A DNA stretch of 44,930 nt from Kofleriaceae bacterium. Its GTDB lineage: Bacteria; Myxococcota_A; Polyangia; Haliangiales; Haliangiaceae. Made by a program: the position numbers and the translations under genes. The stretch lies in contig JBKJLC010000141.1 of the NCBI GenBank assembly GCA_046597055.1, positions 1 to 44,930 of the forward strand, read 5' to 3'. This document shows positions 10,125 through 20,979 of the stretch, in pieces. How positions within the stretch are numbered: position 1 is the stretch's first letter; the number at the start of each line of letters is the position of its first letter. A model generated the notes under the pieces. It had not been told where the DNA came from. It did not search any database and saw only the letters and a program-made list of their open reading frames with translations.

Positions 10125-11501
10125 ATGAACCGCCGTGACGCGCTCAAGACCCTGGGCGCGATGGCCGGTGCGGCCGGCGCCACCCGTGTCCTCCCCGGCT
10201 GCAGCGGCGACGACGGCCCGGTCGGCATCCAAAACGTCGTCTACGTGATGATGGAGAACCGGTCGTACGACCACCAGCTCGGCGCGCGCGCCGGCCTCGG
10301 GCTCGGCGGCGATGGGCTCGCCGCCGGGATGTCGAACCCGGACCGGGCTGGCGTCGAGATCGCGCCGTTCGAGCCGCCGCCCACCGACATGGGCCTGTGC
10401 ATCCCCGACCCGCCGCACAGCTGGATCCGGTCGCGCGAGCAGTTCAGCGGCGGCACCAACCGCGGGTTCGTGACCTCGCACCAGTCGTCGCACGACAGCG
10501 GCACGCTGGTGGATCCGATGCAGTACCTGACGCGCCAGCACGCGCCGGTGCTGTGGGCGCTGGCCGACGAGTACACGACCTGCGACCGCTCGTTCTGTTC
10601 GGTGATGGGCCCGACCTGGCCCAACCGGATGTTCTGGCACGCCGGCACCTCGCTGGGCCTGACCACCAACACCGTGCCCGAGGGCCGCTTCGACGCGACG
10701 ATCTTCGAGCGCCTGAGCGGCAAGGCGGTGCCGTGGAAGTACTACTACAGCACCCTGCCGTTCGTGGCGGTGCTGGGCGCGACCGTCGACGGTCACGTCG
10801 GGAGCCTCGAGGACTTCATCGCCGACGCGCGCACCGGCAAGCTGCCAAGCTTCTCGTACGTCGAGCCGGCGTTCGGGTTCAACGACGACCACCCGCCCGG
10901 CCACCCGCTGGCGGCCCAGCAGTTCCTCGCGATGGTCTACACGGCGCTGGCGACCTCGCCGCAGTGGAAGAACACGCTGCTGGTCATCACCTACGACGAG
11001 CACGGCGGCTTCTTCGACCACGTGCCACCGCCGGTCGTCGACGACGAGCGAGCCGCCGCGGGCTTCGGGCAGCTCGGCTTCCGGGTCCCGACCTACATCG
11101 TCGGACCCTACGCCCGCGCCGGGCACGTGAGCAGCGTGCAGCTCGAGCACAGCTCGGCGCTGCGCCACCTGATCGACATGTTCGGGCTCGATCCGCTCAA
11201 CCCGCGGGTCGCCGCCGCCAACGATCTGTCCGACGGGATCGATCAGGTCGCGCTGGCGGCCGGCGCCGCCCGCGATCCGATCGTGGTGCCCGCGGTCGAG
11301 ATCAACGAGTCGGAGCTCAGCCGCGCGTGCCGGGGCAGCGGGCCGGCGCGCGGCGCCGACGCCGAGCTCGATCGCTACGCCGACGCGCATCCGGGGCGGT
11401 TCGGGAAGCTCGATCGCCGCCACAAGCTGCGCGACGACGCCTACCTGATCGGCGACTTCCTCGAGCATCACAACGTGGGCCGGATCGTCCGGGGCCGGTG
11501 A
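10125..11501 (+). CDS. phospholipase C / phosphoesterase family, Tat-exported lipoprotein
   Basis: Twin-Arg NRRDALK, LPGC lipobox, MMENRSYDH, GPTWPNR, DDHPP, TYDEHGGFFDHV, GFRVP. Alternative start GTG at 10119. Confidence 0.92.
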   Translation: MNRRDALKTLGAMAGAAGATRVLPGCSGDDGPVGIQNVVYVMMENRSYDHQLGARAGLGLGGDGLAAGMSNPDRAGVEIAPFEPPPTDMGLCIPDPPHSWIRSREQFSGGTNRGFVTSHQSSHDSGTLVDPMQYLTRQHAPVLWALADEYTTCDRSFCSVMGPTWPNRMFWHAGTSLGLTTNTVPEGRFDATIFERLSGKAVPWKYYYSTLPFVAVLGATVDGHVGSLEDFIADARTGKLPSFSYVEPAFGFNDDHPPGHPLAAQQFLAMVYTALATSPQWKNTLLVITYDEHGGFFDHVPPPVVDDERAAAGFGQLGFRVPTYIVGPYARAGHVSSVQLEHSSALRHLIDMFGLDPLNPRVAAANDLSDGIDQVALAAGAARDPIVVPAVEINESELSRACRGSGPARGADAELDRYADAHPGRFGKLDRRHKLRDDAYLIGDFLEHHNVGRIVRGR

Positions 11502-11577
11502 GCACCGCGGGAATGCGATGGCCCCTGGCGCTGGTTGCCGACCCGTGCCATCGTTCGCAACCCCCAAGGAGAGGCTC

Positions 11578-11799
11578 ATGAAGAAGCTCGCCACCGTCAT
11601 CGCCGCCGTCACCACCCTCGCGTTCGCGGTCCCTGCCTTTGCGTGCCCGCACGCCGAGAAGAAGGCCGCTGACGAGAAGACCGCCGAGAAGAAGCAGGAC
11701 GACGCGGCCAAGCCGGCCGCCACCAAGAAGGCTGACGGCGCCAAGAAGGACGCCCCCGCGCCCAAGACCGCCGACTCCGGCAAGGTCTCGTCGAAGTAA
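11578..11799 (+). CDS. small secreted Lys/Ala-rich protein
   Basis: SD-like AGGAGAGG, signal peptide MKKLAT...PAFA|CPH, low-complexity tail, downstream terminator. Confidence 0.8.
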   Translation: MKKLATVIAAVTTLAFAVPAFACPHAEKKAADEKTAEKKQDDAAKPAATKKADGAKKDAPAPKTADSGKVSSK

Positions 11800-11816
11800 C
11801 AACGTCACGCGTGGCG

Positions 11817-11854
11817 ACGGAGGACGGACCGGCTCGCCGGTCCGTCGCCGTTTT
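11817..11854 (+). terminator. intrinsic terminator
   Basis: GACGGACCGG-CTCG-CCGGTCCGTC followed by GCCGTTTT. Confidence 0.75.
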
Positions 11855-11898
11855 CGGGGTCCGTCGACCAGGCCGGCCCGCGGGCGCGGCGGGGCGGC

Positions 11899-12768
11899 TC
11901 AGACCAGGATATCGAGCAGCTGCACGCGGGTCAGGAAACCCTCGAGCGTGCTGGCGTACTCGTCGATGAACAGGTCGAGCTCGATCGCGATGCGGCCGTC
12001 GGTGTTGCGGACGACCTTGCCCGAGGCCGGTACCTCGCTGCCGGAGAGGTCGAGCACGCCGGCCAGCCAGTCGCCGGGGGCCGGCACCGGCTTGCCCGCC
12101 GGCCAGCGCAGCGACACGTGGGTGCGTGACAGCTCGATCACCTCGGCGAGGCCGGCGTCGACCCGCAGGGTGGTGCGCATCGACGCGGGCGGCTCGATCC
12201 GGTAGTTCACCCGCCGGTTGTGGGTGATCAGCCGATCCAGGGTGTCGTGGACCGGGGCCGAGATCGGCGTCTCCGGGCTCTCGAGCACCAGCTCGCGGAT
12301 CTGCTTGAGCGACTTCTGCGTGCGCACCAGGTTCTGGCGCATGTCGCCGATGCGGCGCTGGTCGCGGTGGACCTTGTCGGCGACCGTCTCGAGCAGGTTG
12401 ACCAGGAAGCGCACGCCGAGCTCCTGGTTGATCGCGAAGTAGCCCTGCAGGCGCTTGGCGTCGAGGCTCCAGACCTCGGCGTCGCTCGACACCACCGCGC
12501 GGCACGAGCGGGGCAGCCCGGCCAGCGCGCCGAGCTCGCCGATCAGCGCCGGCGGCCGCAGCCGGTAGGTATCGTCCGCCGGCCGGACGAGCGTGACCTC
12601 GCCGGCGGCGAGCAGGTAGAGCTCGGTCGCGGGCTCGCTGGTGTCGAACAGCGAGCCGTCGGCCCGCGGCGTCGCGGGCGCGAACAGCGCGGCGATCTCG
12701 GTGAGCTCGTCGTCGGCAAAGCCACGAAAGAGCGGAATCAACCGCAGATGCTCCAGACGCGGCCCCAT
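11899..12768 (-). CDS. cyclic-nucleotide-binding domain protein with C-terminal PilZ-like domain
   Basis: LRLIPLFRGF start; GELGALAGLPRS phosphate-binding cassette; coiled linker; RRVNYR followed by beta-rich tail. True start is ATG 12768, not 13995. Confidence 0.82.
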   Translation of the reverse strand: MGPRLEHLRLIPLFRGFADDELTEIAALFAPATPRADGSLFDTSEPATELYLLAAGEVTLVRPADDTYRLRPPALIGELGALAGLPRSCRAVVSSDAEVWSLDAKRLQGYFAINQELGVRFLVNLLETVADKVHRDQRRIGDMRQNLVRTQKSLKQIRELVLESPETPISAPVHDTLDRLITHNRRVNYRIEPPASMRTTLRVDAGLAEVIELSRTHVSLRWPAGKPVPAPGDWLAGVLDLSGSEVPASGKVVRNTDGRIAIELDLFIDEYASTLEGFLTRVQLLDILV

Positions 12769-12900
12769 GCCGGCACCATACCCCAGCGGTGAGCGGCGTG
12801 GCGACGCCGGGGCGGGCGCGCGGTCGGTGGACCGGTGCAACCTCGGGTAGCGGCCGGGTGTCCAGGCCGCGTGCCGGGCCGCTCCTGTTATCGTCGCGCG

Positions 12901-13890
12901 ATGTTGGTGCTGGCGCGTTCGCCGCTCACCGCGTGGGCCGCGTACGTGATGATCGGCGCGCTCGGCTCGCTCGGCGTGGGCGGCCTGCTCGCCGCCTGCG
13001 ATGGCGCGGCCCCGGCCGAGCCCGCGGGCCAGCGGATGCCGGGTGCGCCCGGGTCCAGCGGCGCGACGGGCGCGACCGATGCGGCCCCCGCGGGCGCTCG
13101 CGACGCCGACGTGCGCGCGGGGCCGCGCACCGGCGTGTACGCCGACCTCGGCGGCGCGTTCACCGCGATCCTCCAGGCCCAGCCGCGCGTGCTCGGCGTC
13201 GGCGAGCTGCACCTGCGCACCGATCGCGGCGCGACCCTGGTGTCGGCGCTCGCGCGGTTCTCGGCCGAGGGGCTGCCGGCGATCGCGACCCAGACCTCCG
13301 ACCTCGTGCTCGAGACCTGGGTGGTCGACCCGGCCTGCAAGGTCGGCGCGGCTGCCACCGCGCGGGTCGAGTCGGCGATGCGCCGCCCGGCCTCGACCAA
13401 GAGCGAGCTGGGCGCGCTGTTCGGCCTGACCAAGGCCAGCTCGATCAAGGCGCACGTGATGCGCCTGGCCTGCGCCGACCTGGCCGCGGTGGCCCCCGAG
13501 CGGACCCCGGACGGCGGCCCCGGCGAGGTCGATGCCGAGCGCCTGCTCGACATCGTCACCCGCGAGCTGGCGCGCATCACCGGCTCCGCGATCCGGTATC
13601 GGGACGAGCGCCAGGAGGCGCGCCCGCTGATCGTGGTCTACGGCGGGGCCCTCCACAACGACCTCTACCCGTACCAGTCGACCGCGCGGTGGAGCTTCGC
13701 GAAGGAGGTCGACCGCGCCGCGGGCGGACGCTACGTCGAGGTCGATCTGTTCGTGCCCGAGCTGATCGAAGGCAACCCGCTCTACCAGCGCGAGCCGTGG
13801 TACCCGGCGGCGCAGCAGGCGCCGGCCGACAAGGTGCTGCTGATCGAGCGCGCCCCGCGCTCGTATGTCGTGATTCTGCCCCGGTCCTGA
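12901..13890 (+). CDS. hypothetical lipoprotein (possible ChaN/EreA-like fold)
   Basis: LAAC lipobox; VLGVGELH, DLVLE and VVYGGALHN resemble metal-binding motifs of that superfamily (weak). Confidence 0.7.
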   Translation: MLVLARSPLTAWAAYVMIGALGSLGVGGLLAACDGAAPAEPAGQRMPGAPGSSGATGATDAAPAGARDADVRAGPRTGVYADLGGAFTAILQAQPRVLGVGELHLRTDRGATLVSALARFSAEGLPAIATQTSDLVLETWVVDPACKVGAAATARVESAMRRPASTKSELGALFGLTKASSIKAHVMRLACADLAAVAPERTPDGGPGEVDAERLLDIVTRELARITGSAIRYRDERQEARPLIVVYGGALHNDLYPYQSTARWSFAKEVDRAAGGRYVEVDLFVPELIEGNPLYQREPWYPAAQQAPADKVLLIERAPRSYVVILPRS

Positions 13891-14091
13891 CCGCTCCCGA
13901 GAAACTGCGGCGCCGGCTAGCGCCAGCCCGAGGGTCCGTTCGGCGTGCACCTCCTCGCGACGAGGTCGCGCACAGTGGCGTCGTGGTCGAGGCAATCACG
14001 GCTACCTGCCTATCAATGGACATCTATCGATGTGTAGAGCCGACGCTATTGGAACCTTCTTGATTGCTCCCAATGCGACTCCGGTTTGCCC

Positions 14092-14350
14092 TCAAGCAAG
14101 CTTTTCCCTGAAAGCCGCGGCGAAAGACCGGTAATAGTCGGCCGCCAGATGGGTTTTGGATGCGAGCTTGGCGAGCTCCGCTGCCAAGGCTTGGCGGGAC
14201 CGGTCCGGGTCTCCCATCAATAGAAGCGCTATTGGTCCCCGGATCCACAGAGCCAGATCATTCGCGCCATAACGTTTCTCGATCTTGTCGTAAATCTCCG
14301 GGAGACCCTGATGGGTGCGCATGAAGGCGATTCCATGCGCTTCAGCCGCT
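14092..14350 (-). pseudogene. low-GC C-terminal gene remnant (helical, immunity-protein-like)
   Basis: 76-aa ORF with atypical AT-richer codons. In-frame TGA 8 codons upstream of the ATG, no SD, inside a lower-GC patch. Confidence 0.4.
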
Positions 14351-14419
14351 CAGGACGTCCGGACCGTGTACATCCCGATCGCTTGTACCCATCCGAACGA
14401 CCCACGGGCCACAGCCGCG

Positions 14420-15040
14420 TCAGCGCGCGATCGCAGCGCGCGCGGCCGCGACGATCGCGGTGGTGACCGTCTCGAGCGGCTGCTCGCCATCGAGGATCAC
14501 GATCGCCTCGCCGGCGGCCACCAGCTCGGCGAGGACCTCGTCGTAGCCAAGCGCGACCCGGCGCTGCATGGCGAGATCCTCGAACAGCTCCTGGGCACGC
14601 CCGGCCGCGACCCGGCGCGCCGCGGCCACCTCGGGCGCGACCCGGAGGAAGATCGTGAGGTCGGGGCGGCGCGCGCGCTGGTTGAGCGTGCGGATCCAGG
14701 CCCGCTCGGCACCGGTGCCCTGATACGCGAGCGACGAGTGGTACCAGCGGTCGGAGATCACGACGGTACCGGCGGCGAGCGCCGGCTCGACCTCGCGCTG
14801 CACGTGATCGAGCCGGTCGGCGGCGAACAGCAGGCCGAAGGTCGCCTGGTCGATCGCCTGGTCGGGGATCGCGTGGCCGCCGGTGAGCAGCTCGCGCAGG
14901 AGCCGCCCGATCGGCCCGTCGGACGGCTCGCGGGTGACGTGGGCTCGGTGGCCGTGGCCGGCGAGCGCGTCGGCCAGGCGGCGGGCCTGGGTGGTGGTGC
15001 CGGCGCCGTCGAGGCCCTCGAGGACGAGGAGCGGGCTCAT
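14420..15040 (-). CDS. tmk: thymidylate kinase
   Basis: [36 protein letters not shown]. Confidence 0.95.
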   Translation of the reverse strand: MSPLLVLEGLDGAGTTTQARRLADALAGHGHRAHVTREPSDGPIGRLLRELLTGGHAIPDQAIDQATFGLLFAADRLDHVQREVEPALAAGTVVISDRWYHSSLAYQGTGAERAWIRTLNQRARRPDLTIFLRVAPEVAAARRVAAGRAQELFEDLAMQRRVALGYDEVLAELVAAGEAIVILDGEQPLETVTTAIVAAARAAIAR

Positions 15041-15115
15041 CGATCGCGACGATCGCACCGCCGGCGCTCACCTGTCACGCACGCCAATGCTAGATTCGCG
15101 GGCTCGGAGGACGCC

Positions 15116-16293
<1,178 letters not shown>

Positions 16294-16297
<4 letters not shown>

Positions 16298-17097
16298 TCC
16301 TGCGCGCCGGCGTCGCACGGCTGGTGCCGGCGGTCGGCCGGCGTCGCCGGGGCCGCTGGCTGTGGCGCGACGCCCGGCCGCGGGTGTGGGCCCACCGGGG
16401 CGCCAGCGCGCACGCGACCGAGAACACGATCGCCGCGTTCGAGCTGGCGGTGGCCCACGGCGCCGGCGGCGTCGAGCTCGACGTGCTGCGGTGCGCGTCG
16501 GGCGAGGTCGTGGTCTTCCACGACGACGATCTGCGGCGGCTCGCCGACCGCCCCGAGCGCATCGACGCGCTGACCTGGGCCGAGCTGCGGACGATCGAGC
16601 TGCGCGGCGGCGCCCGGATCTGCCGGCTCGAGGACGCGCTGGCGGCGTGCGGCGAGCTGCCGGTCAACGTCGAGCTCAAGTCGCCGCGGCCCGGCCGCGC
16701 CGGCGCCCTTGCCGCCCGGGTCGCGCAGGTCGTGCGCGCGGCCCGCGCCGACGACCGGGTGGTGGTGTCGTCGTTCGATCCGGTCGCGCTCGTGCAGCTG
16801 CACGCGGCGGCGCCGCACTTGCCGACCGCGTTCCTGTTCGAGCAGACCGCGGCGCGGGCGGTGCGGTCGCCAATGGTCGCGGCCCTGACCGGCGCTTCGG
16901 CGGTGCACCCTGATCACCGGCTGTGCACGCCGGCCTACGTCGCCCGGTGGCACGCGCGCGGCTTCGCGGTGAACGTGTGGACCGTCGATGCGCCCGGCCG
17001 GCTGCGCGCGCTGGCCGAGGCCGGCGTCGATGGCGTGTTCGCCAACGACCCGCGGGCGGCGATCGCGGTGCTCGCCGCGGCCACCGCGTCCCGCTGA
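16294..17097 (+). CDS. glycerophosphodiester phosphodiesterase
   Basis: AHRGAS..ENT, ELDV, VFHD, NVELK, SSFD, VWTVD. GTGA overlap with lysC. Confidence 0.93.
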
Positions 17098-17103
17098 CCC
17101 GGC

Positions 17104-17745
17104 TCAGCGCAGGACCGTCGGCGGCGGCGGGACCTTGCCGGCGCCCGGCGGCGGCGGCGGGACCTTGCCGGCGCCACCCGCGCCGGGCGTGCCGGGCGGC
17201 GGCGGGGGCTTGTCGGCCCCGGTCGCCGGCGGCGTGACCTGGAAGCGGATCGTGAGCGGCGCGGCCCCGCGGCGCAGCTCGGCGACGATCGCGTCGGCGG
17301 TGTACAGCTCGACCCACAGCGCCGACAGGTCGGCCGGCTTGACCAGCGGCCGGCCGTTGACCGTGAGCAGCACGTCGCCCGGGGCGAGGTCGAGGATGGT
17401 GAAGCGCGCGCCGGCGGGCAGGAACCGCACGAGCCGCCAGCCGACGAAGCGGCCGCTGCGCTCCTCGGCGGCGACCTCGAAGCCCTCGAGCACGTGGCCA
17501 GGGCCGGCATCGAGCACCGCCTTCAGGGTCGCGCGCTCGATCACGCCGGCGCGGACGCCGGTGCCCGGGGCAGCCGGCGCGATCGCCGCCGGTCCCACCT
17601 CGGCCGGCGGCGGCAAGGACGCCGGTTGCTCGGGGGCGGCGACCTCGCCCGCACGCGGGTCGTCGTCGTCGAACGGGGTCCGTGGATCGACCTTGGGCCC
17701 ACAGGCGGCGACTCCGAGAATCGCGCACAGCGTGACGCGCAGCAT
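17104..17745 (-). CDS. lipoprotein with GspC-like PDZ domain and Pro-rich tail
   Basis: VAAC lipobox; FVGWRL...LAPGDVLLTVNGRPL. The tail has a 30-bp duplication encoding GAGKVPPPP twice. Confidence 0.75.
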   Translation of the reverse strand: MLRVTLCAILGVAACGPKVDPRTPFDDDDPRAGEVAAPEQPASLPPPAEVGPAAIAPAAPGTGVRAGVIERATLKAVLDAGPGHVLEGFEVAAEERSGRFVGWRLVRFLPAGARFTILDLAPGDVLLTVNGRPLVKPADLSALWVELYTADAIVAELRRGAAPLTIRFQVTPPATGADKPPPPPGTPGAGGAGKVPPPPPGAGKVPPPPTVLR

Positions 17746-17806
17746 GTCCGACGCTGTCGCGGTCAGGACCGCAGCGCAAGTTTCGGATCTGCTACCCTGA
17801 CGCCTC

Positions 17807-19963
17807 GTGCGATCTTCGCGCCTTCTCGTCGCCCTGCTCGCGACTGCCACGCTCGTGCTCGGGCCCGGCGGCTGCGCGCGCCCGCAGGCCCGGCCGGCAC
17901 CGGCGCCGGTGGCGGATGCCCCCTACGAGCTCGAGGACGACCTCGACCTCGCCGAGCACGTCGAGTGGCTGCACGGGCTACCGCCGGGCCCGGCGCGCAC
18001 CGCGCTGCGGGTCGGCGCGGCCGGCGCCCTGGTCGACCGGATCGCCGAGCTCCTGGCCGCAGGCCGCAACGACCGGGTCGACCAGACCGTCGGTGAGCTC
18101 GCGCTGTTGTGGACCGAGGAGCCGGCGGCGATGGCGGCCGAGCTCGCGCCCCACGTCGCGGTGCTGCGCCGCGCCCGCGCCGCCTTTGCCCGCGCCGGCA
18201 ACGATCGCGAGGTCGCCCTGGTGCTCGCGCTGCTCGCGAACGCCGAGCCCGCCCGGCGCGCCGAGCACACCGCCGAGCTGCTCGAGGTGCTCGCCTACGC
18301 CGACGACCTCACGCGGGCGCGGCTCGGTCCGCTCGGGGTCGGCTCGGGCACCATCCTCGCCCTCGAGCCGATCGTCCACCGCCGCCTGCTGCCCGAGCTG
18401 ACCGATCGCCACGTCGGCCTCCTCGTCGACCGCGCCAACCTGGCCGACACCGCGGTGACCGGGGCGCTCGCCGCCGGCAAGCCAGTGCCCGACTCCAACG
18501 CGATCCGCATGGCCTTCCACGCGGCCCGCGACCTCGCGATCACGCTCGCGTTCGCGCACCGTGGCCACGAGCTGGCCGGCGCGCTGGTCCGGCTGAACGG
18601 CATCGGCAAGATCCGCGGGCTGGGTGCCGCCGCGGTCGCGGTCGCCCGCCCGACCGCAAGCGCGCGCGACTGGGTGGCGCTCGCCCGCGCGATCCGCGAC
18701 GACCGCGACGGCCCCGAGCGCGACGACGACGAGGCCCTGGCCGGGGCCGCGCTCGCGATCTGCCTCGACGCCCTCGTCCGGTTCCCGGACGATGCGACCC
18801 TGCTGGCCGCGGCCGGCGGTCACGCCGCCGATCTGGGCCGGGTCCACCAGCCGATCGCCCTGTACGAGCGCGCGCGCGCCCGCGCCAAGGCCGATCCTGA
18901 GCTGGCCGATCGTCTGGCCGGCCTCTACCGCGAGCGCATGGCCCGGCTGGTGTTCGGGGCCCGGCCGCGCGCGGCCCGGGCCGGCCTCGACGAGCTGCGC
19001 CGCTTTTACGACCGGGTCGAGGCCGAGTTCCCGGGCCGGCGCTGGACCTCGACCTGGGCCGAGGCGCTCGCGACCTACGGGCGCGGGCTGGTGTCGCAGG
19101 GCTCGCTGCGCGACGCGCGCACCGAGCTCGATCGGTCGATCAAGTTCGAGCCGACCGTGGCGGCCTACGAGATGCTCGGTACGGTCGCGCTCAAGCTGGG
19201 CGATCACGCGGCGGCGCGGCGCCACCTCGATCGCGGCGCCGCGCTCGGCGGCGACACCCCCGACGAGCTGTACGCGCGCGCCAAGATCCTGCGGCTGGCC
19301 GGCGACGCCGCCCGCGGCGCCGGCGACGCCGATGCCGCGACCGAGCGCTGGCTCAAGGCGCTCGAGATCTGGAACGACCTCGGCGACAAGGTCGACCTGC
19401 CGCCGACCCTCGCCGGCGAGCGGCTGGTCGAGGCCGGCAAGCTGTTCTGGTCGCTCGGCCACCGCGACAAGGGGCTCGAGCTGCTCGAGGGCGCGCTCGA
19501 GACCGATCCGGGCGGCGCCGACACCCACGTCCACGTCGTCGCGTTCTTGCTGCTACACGACGAGCTTGATCGCGCGACCGACGCGGTCTACGCGGCGCTC
19601 GCGTCCGACGGCATCAGCGAGTACTACAAGGTCTACCTGAGCCTGTGGCTGATCGTGGAGGCCCGCCGCGCCGGTCGCCCCGACGATCGCCAGGCCGCCG
19701 CCTACCTGGCCAGCCGCGACGGCCCGCTCTGGTACGACGACGTGGCCCGGCTGGCGACCGGCCGGGCTACCGCCGACACGCTGCACGCGCGCGCCAACAC
19801 CCGCTCGCGGCGCGCCGAGCTCATCTATTACACCGCCGTGCTGGGCGGGCCGTCGCGATCACCCGACGAGGTGCGCCGCTCGCTCGAGGATGTGGTCGCG
19901 ACCGAGATGGTGCTGTTCTTCGAGTACGACATGGCGCGCCACTGGCTCGGCCAGGCGCCCTAG
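17807..19963 (+). CDS. large TPR-like helical lipoprotein
   Basis: Signal peptide ending GGC; repeated TPR-like helices (AIALYERA, AYEMLG, ALEIW). Confidence 0.8.
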   Translation: MRSSRLLVALLATATLVLGPGGCARPQARPAPAPVADAPYELEDDLDLAEHVEWLHGLPPGPARTALRVGAAGALVDRIAELLAAGRNDRVDQTVGELALLWTEEPAAMAAELAPHVAVLRRARAAFARAGNDREVALVLALLANAEPARRAEHTAELLEVLAYADDLTRARLGPLGVGSGTILALEPIVHRRLLPELTDRHVGLLVDRANLADTAVTGALAAGKPVPDSNAIRMAFHAARDLAITLAFAHRGHELAGALVRLNGIGKIRGLGAAAVAVARPTASARDWVALARAIRDDRDGPERDDDEALAGAALAICLDALVRFPDDATLLAAAGGHAADLGRVHQPIALYERARARAKADPELADRLAGLYRERMARLVFGARPRAARAGLDELRRFYDRVEAEFPGRRWTSTWAEALATYGRGLVSQGSLRDARTELDRSIKFEPTVAAYEMLGTVALKLGDHAAARRHLDRGAALGGDTPDELYARAKILRLAGDAARGAGDADAATERWLKALEIWNDLGDKVDLPPTLAGERLVEAGKLFWSLGHRDKGLELLEGALETDPGGADTHVHVVAFLLLHDELDRATDAVYAALASDGISEYYKVYLSLWLIVEARRAGRPDDRQAAAYLASRDGPLWYDDVARLATGRATADTLHARANTRSRRAELIYYTAVLGGPSRSPDEVRRSLEDVVATEMVLFFEYDMARHWLGQAP

Positions 19964-19968
19964 ATCCC

Positions 19969-20946
19969 GTGACCGCCGTGGCCCCCGGGTCTGTTGACCG
20001 CGTCGCCGCCGCGGTGGGACGCGAGCTGCGTCGCCGGGTCGGCGACCGCGCGGTGCTCGCGTGTCTCGGCGCCAGCGCGCTGCCGGCGGTGCCGGCCGCC
20101 GCGCTGGCCCGGTTCATGCCGTCGCCGTGCCCGCCCGCCGCGATCCCGATCTGGCTGCTGGTCGCCGGGCGAGGCCTCGACCGGACCGCGACCGCGCGCG
20201 CGCTTGGCAGCGCTGGCCCCGGGCTCGACGCGCTCGGGCTGCTCGTCCACGCCGGCGCCACCACCACCGCCACCGCGGCGGTCGCGGGGCTCGGCGCCGG
20301 CCTGATCGTCAGCGACCGGCTCGACGCGGTCGACGCCACCGACCTGGTGCCGTGGCCGGACGACTCGAGCCTGCACCTGATCGGCGTGCTGCCGCGCGGC
20401 GCGCTCGGCGCCTGGCTCGACGTCGGCACCGGCGCCGCGGTCGCGCCGCTCGCAGCCGGGCCACGGGCCGGTCGGGTCCGCGCGACCGACATCAACCCGC
20501 GCGCCCTGGCCCGGGCCGCGCTGGGCGCCGCGCTGTCGGAGCGCGCCGATCTCGAGCTCGCCGCCGCCGACCTGCTCGACGGCGCCGGGCCGGGCTGGGA
20601 TCTCATCACGTTCAACCCGCCGATGCCGCGGGCCACCGGTGACGGGCTGGCGGTCTGGCGCCACGGCGCGGCCGATCTGCTCGCCCGGTTCTGGGCCGCG
20701 GTCGGCGATCACCTGGCGCCCGCCGGCGAGGTCCTGGTCCACTCGGCGATCGACGGCGACCTCTGGCGACCCCACCGCGATCGACCGGGGGCGGTCACCA
20801 TCGCGCGCTACACGCCGCCCGGCACGGCTGGCTTCGCCATCACGCGCTGGTGTCCGGCCGCATCACAGGACCGACGGCTGGTCGATGTGGCACTCGGCCG
20901 CGATCACCCGTTCGTGACCCGCGCCGATCTCGCGACCCCGTCGTGA
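19969..20946 (+). CDS. class I SAM-dependent methyltransferase (HemK-like NPP motif)
   Basis: WLDVGTG, TDINPRA, DLITFNPP. Confidence 0.75.
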   Translation: MTAVAPGSVDRVAAAVGRELRRRVGDRAVLACLGASALPAVPAAALARFMPSPCPPAAIPIWLLVAGRGLDRTATARALGSAGPGLDALGLLVHAGATTTATAAVAGLGAGLIVSDRLDAVDATDLVPWPDDSSLHLIGVLPRGALGAWLDVGTGAAVAPLAAGPRAGRVRATDINPRALARAALGAALSERADLELAAADLLDGAGPGWDLITFNPPMPRATGDGLAVWRHGAADLLARFWAAVGDHLAPAGEVLVHSAIDGDLWRPHRDRPGAVTIARYTPPGTAGFAITRWCPAASQDRRLVDVALGRDHPFVTRADLATPS

Positions 20947-20979
20947 TCGCGCCCCGTCGCCGGTGGTAGCGTCACGCCC

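Noticed and set aside
12769..13995. N-terminal extension of the 698-aa ORF 11899-13995
   Set aside because: Antisense shadow of the lipoprotein at 12901-13890.
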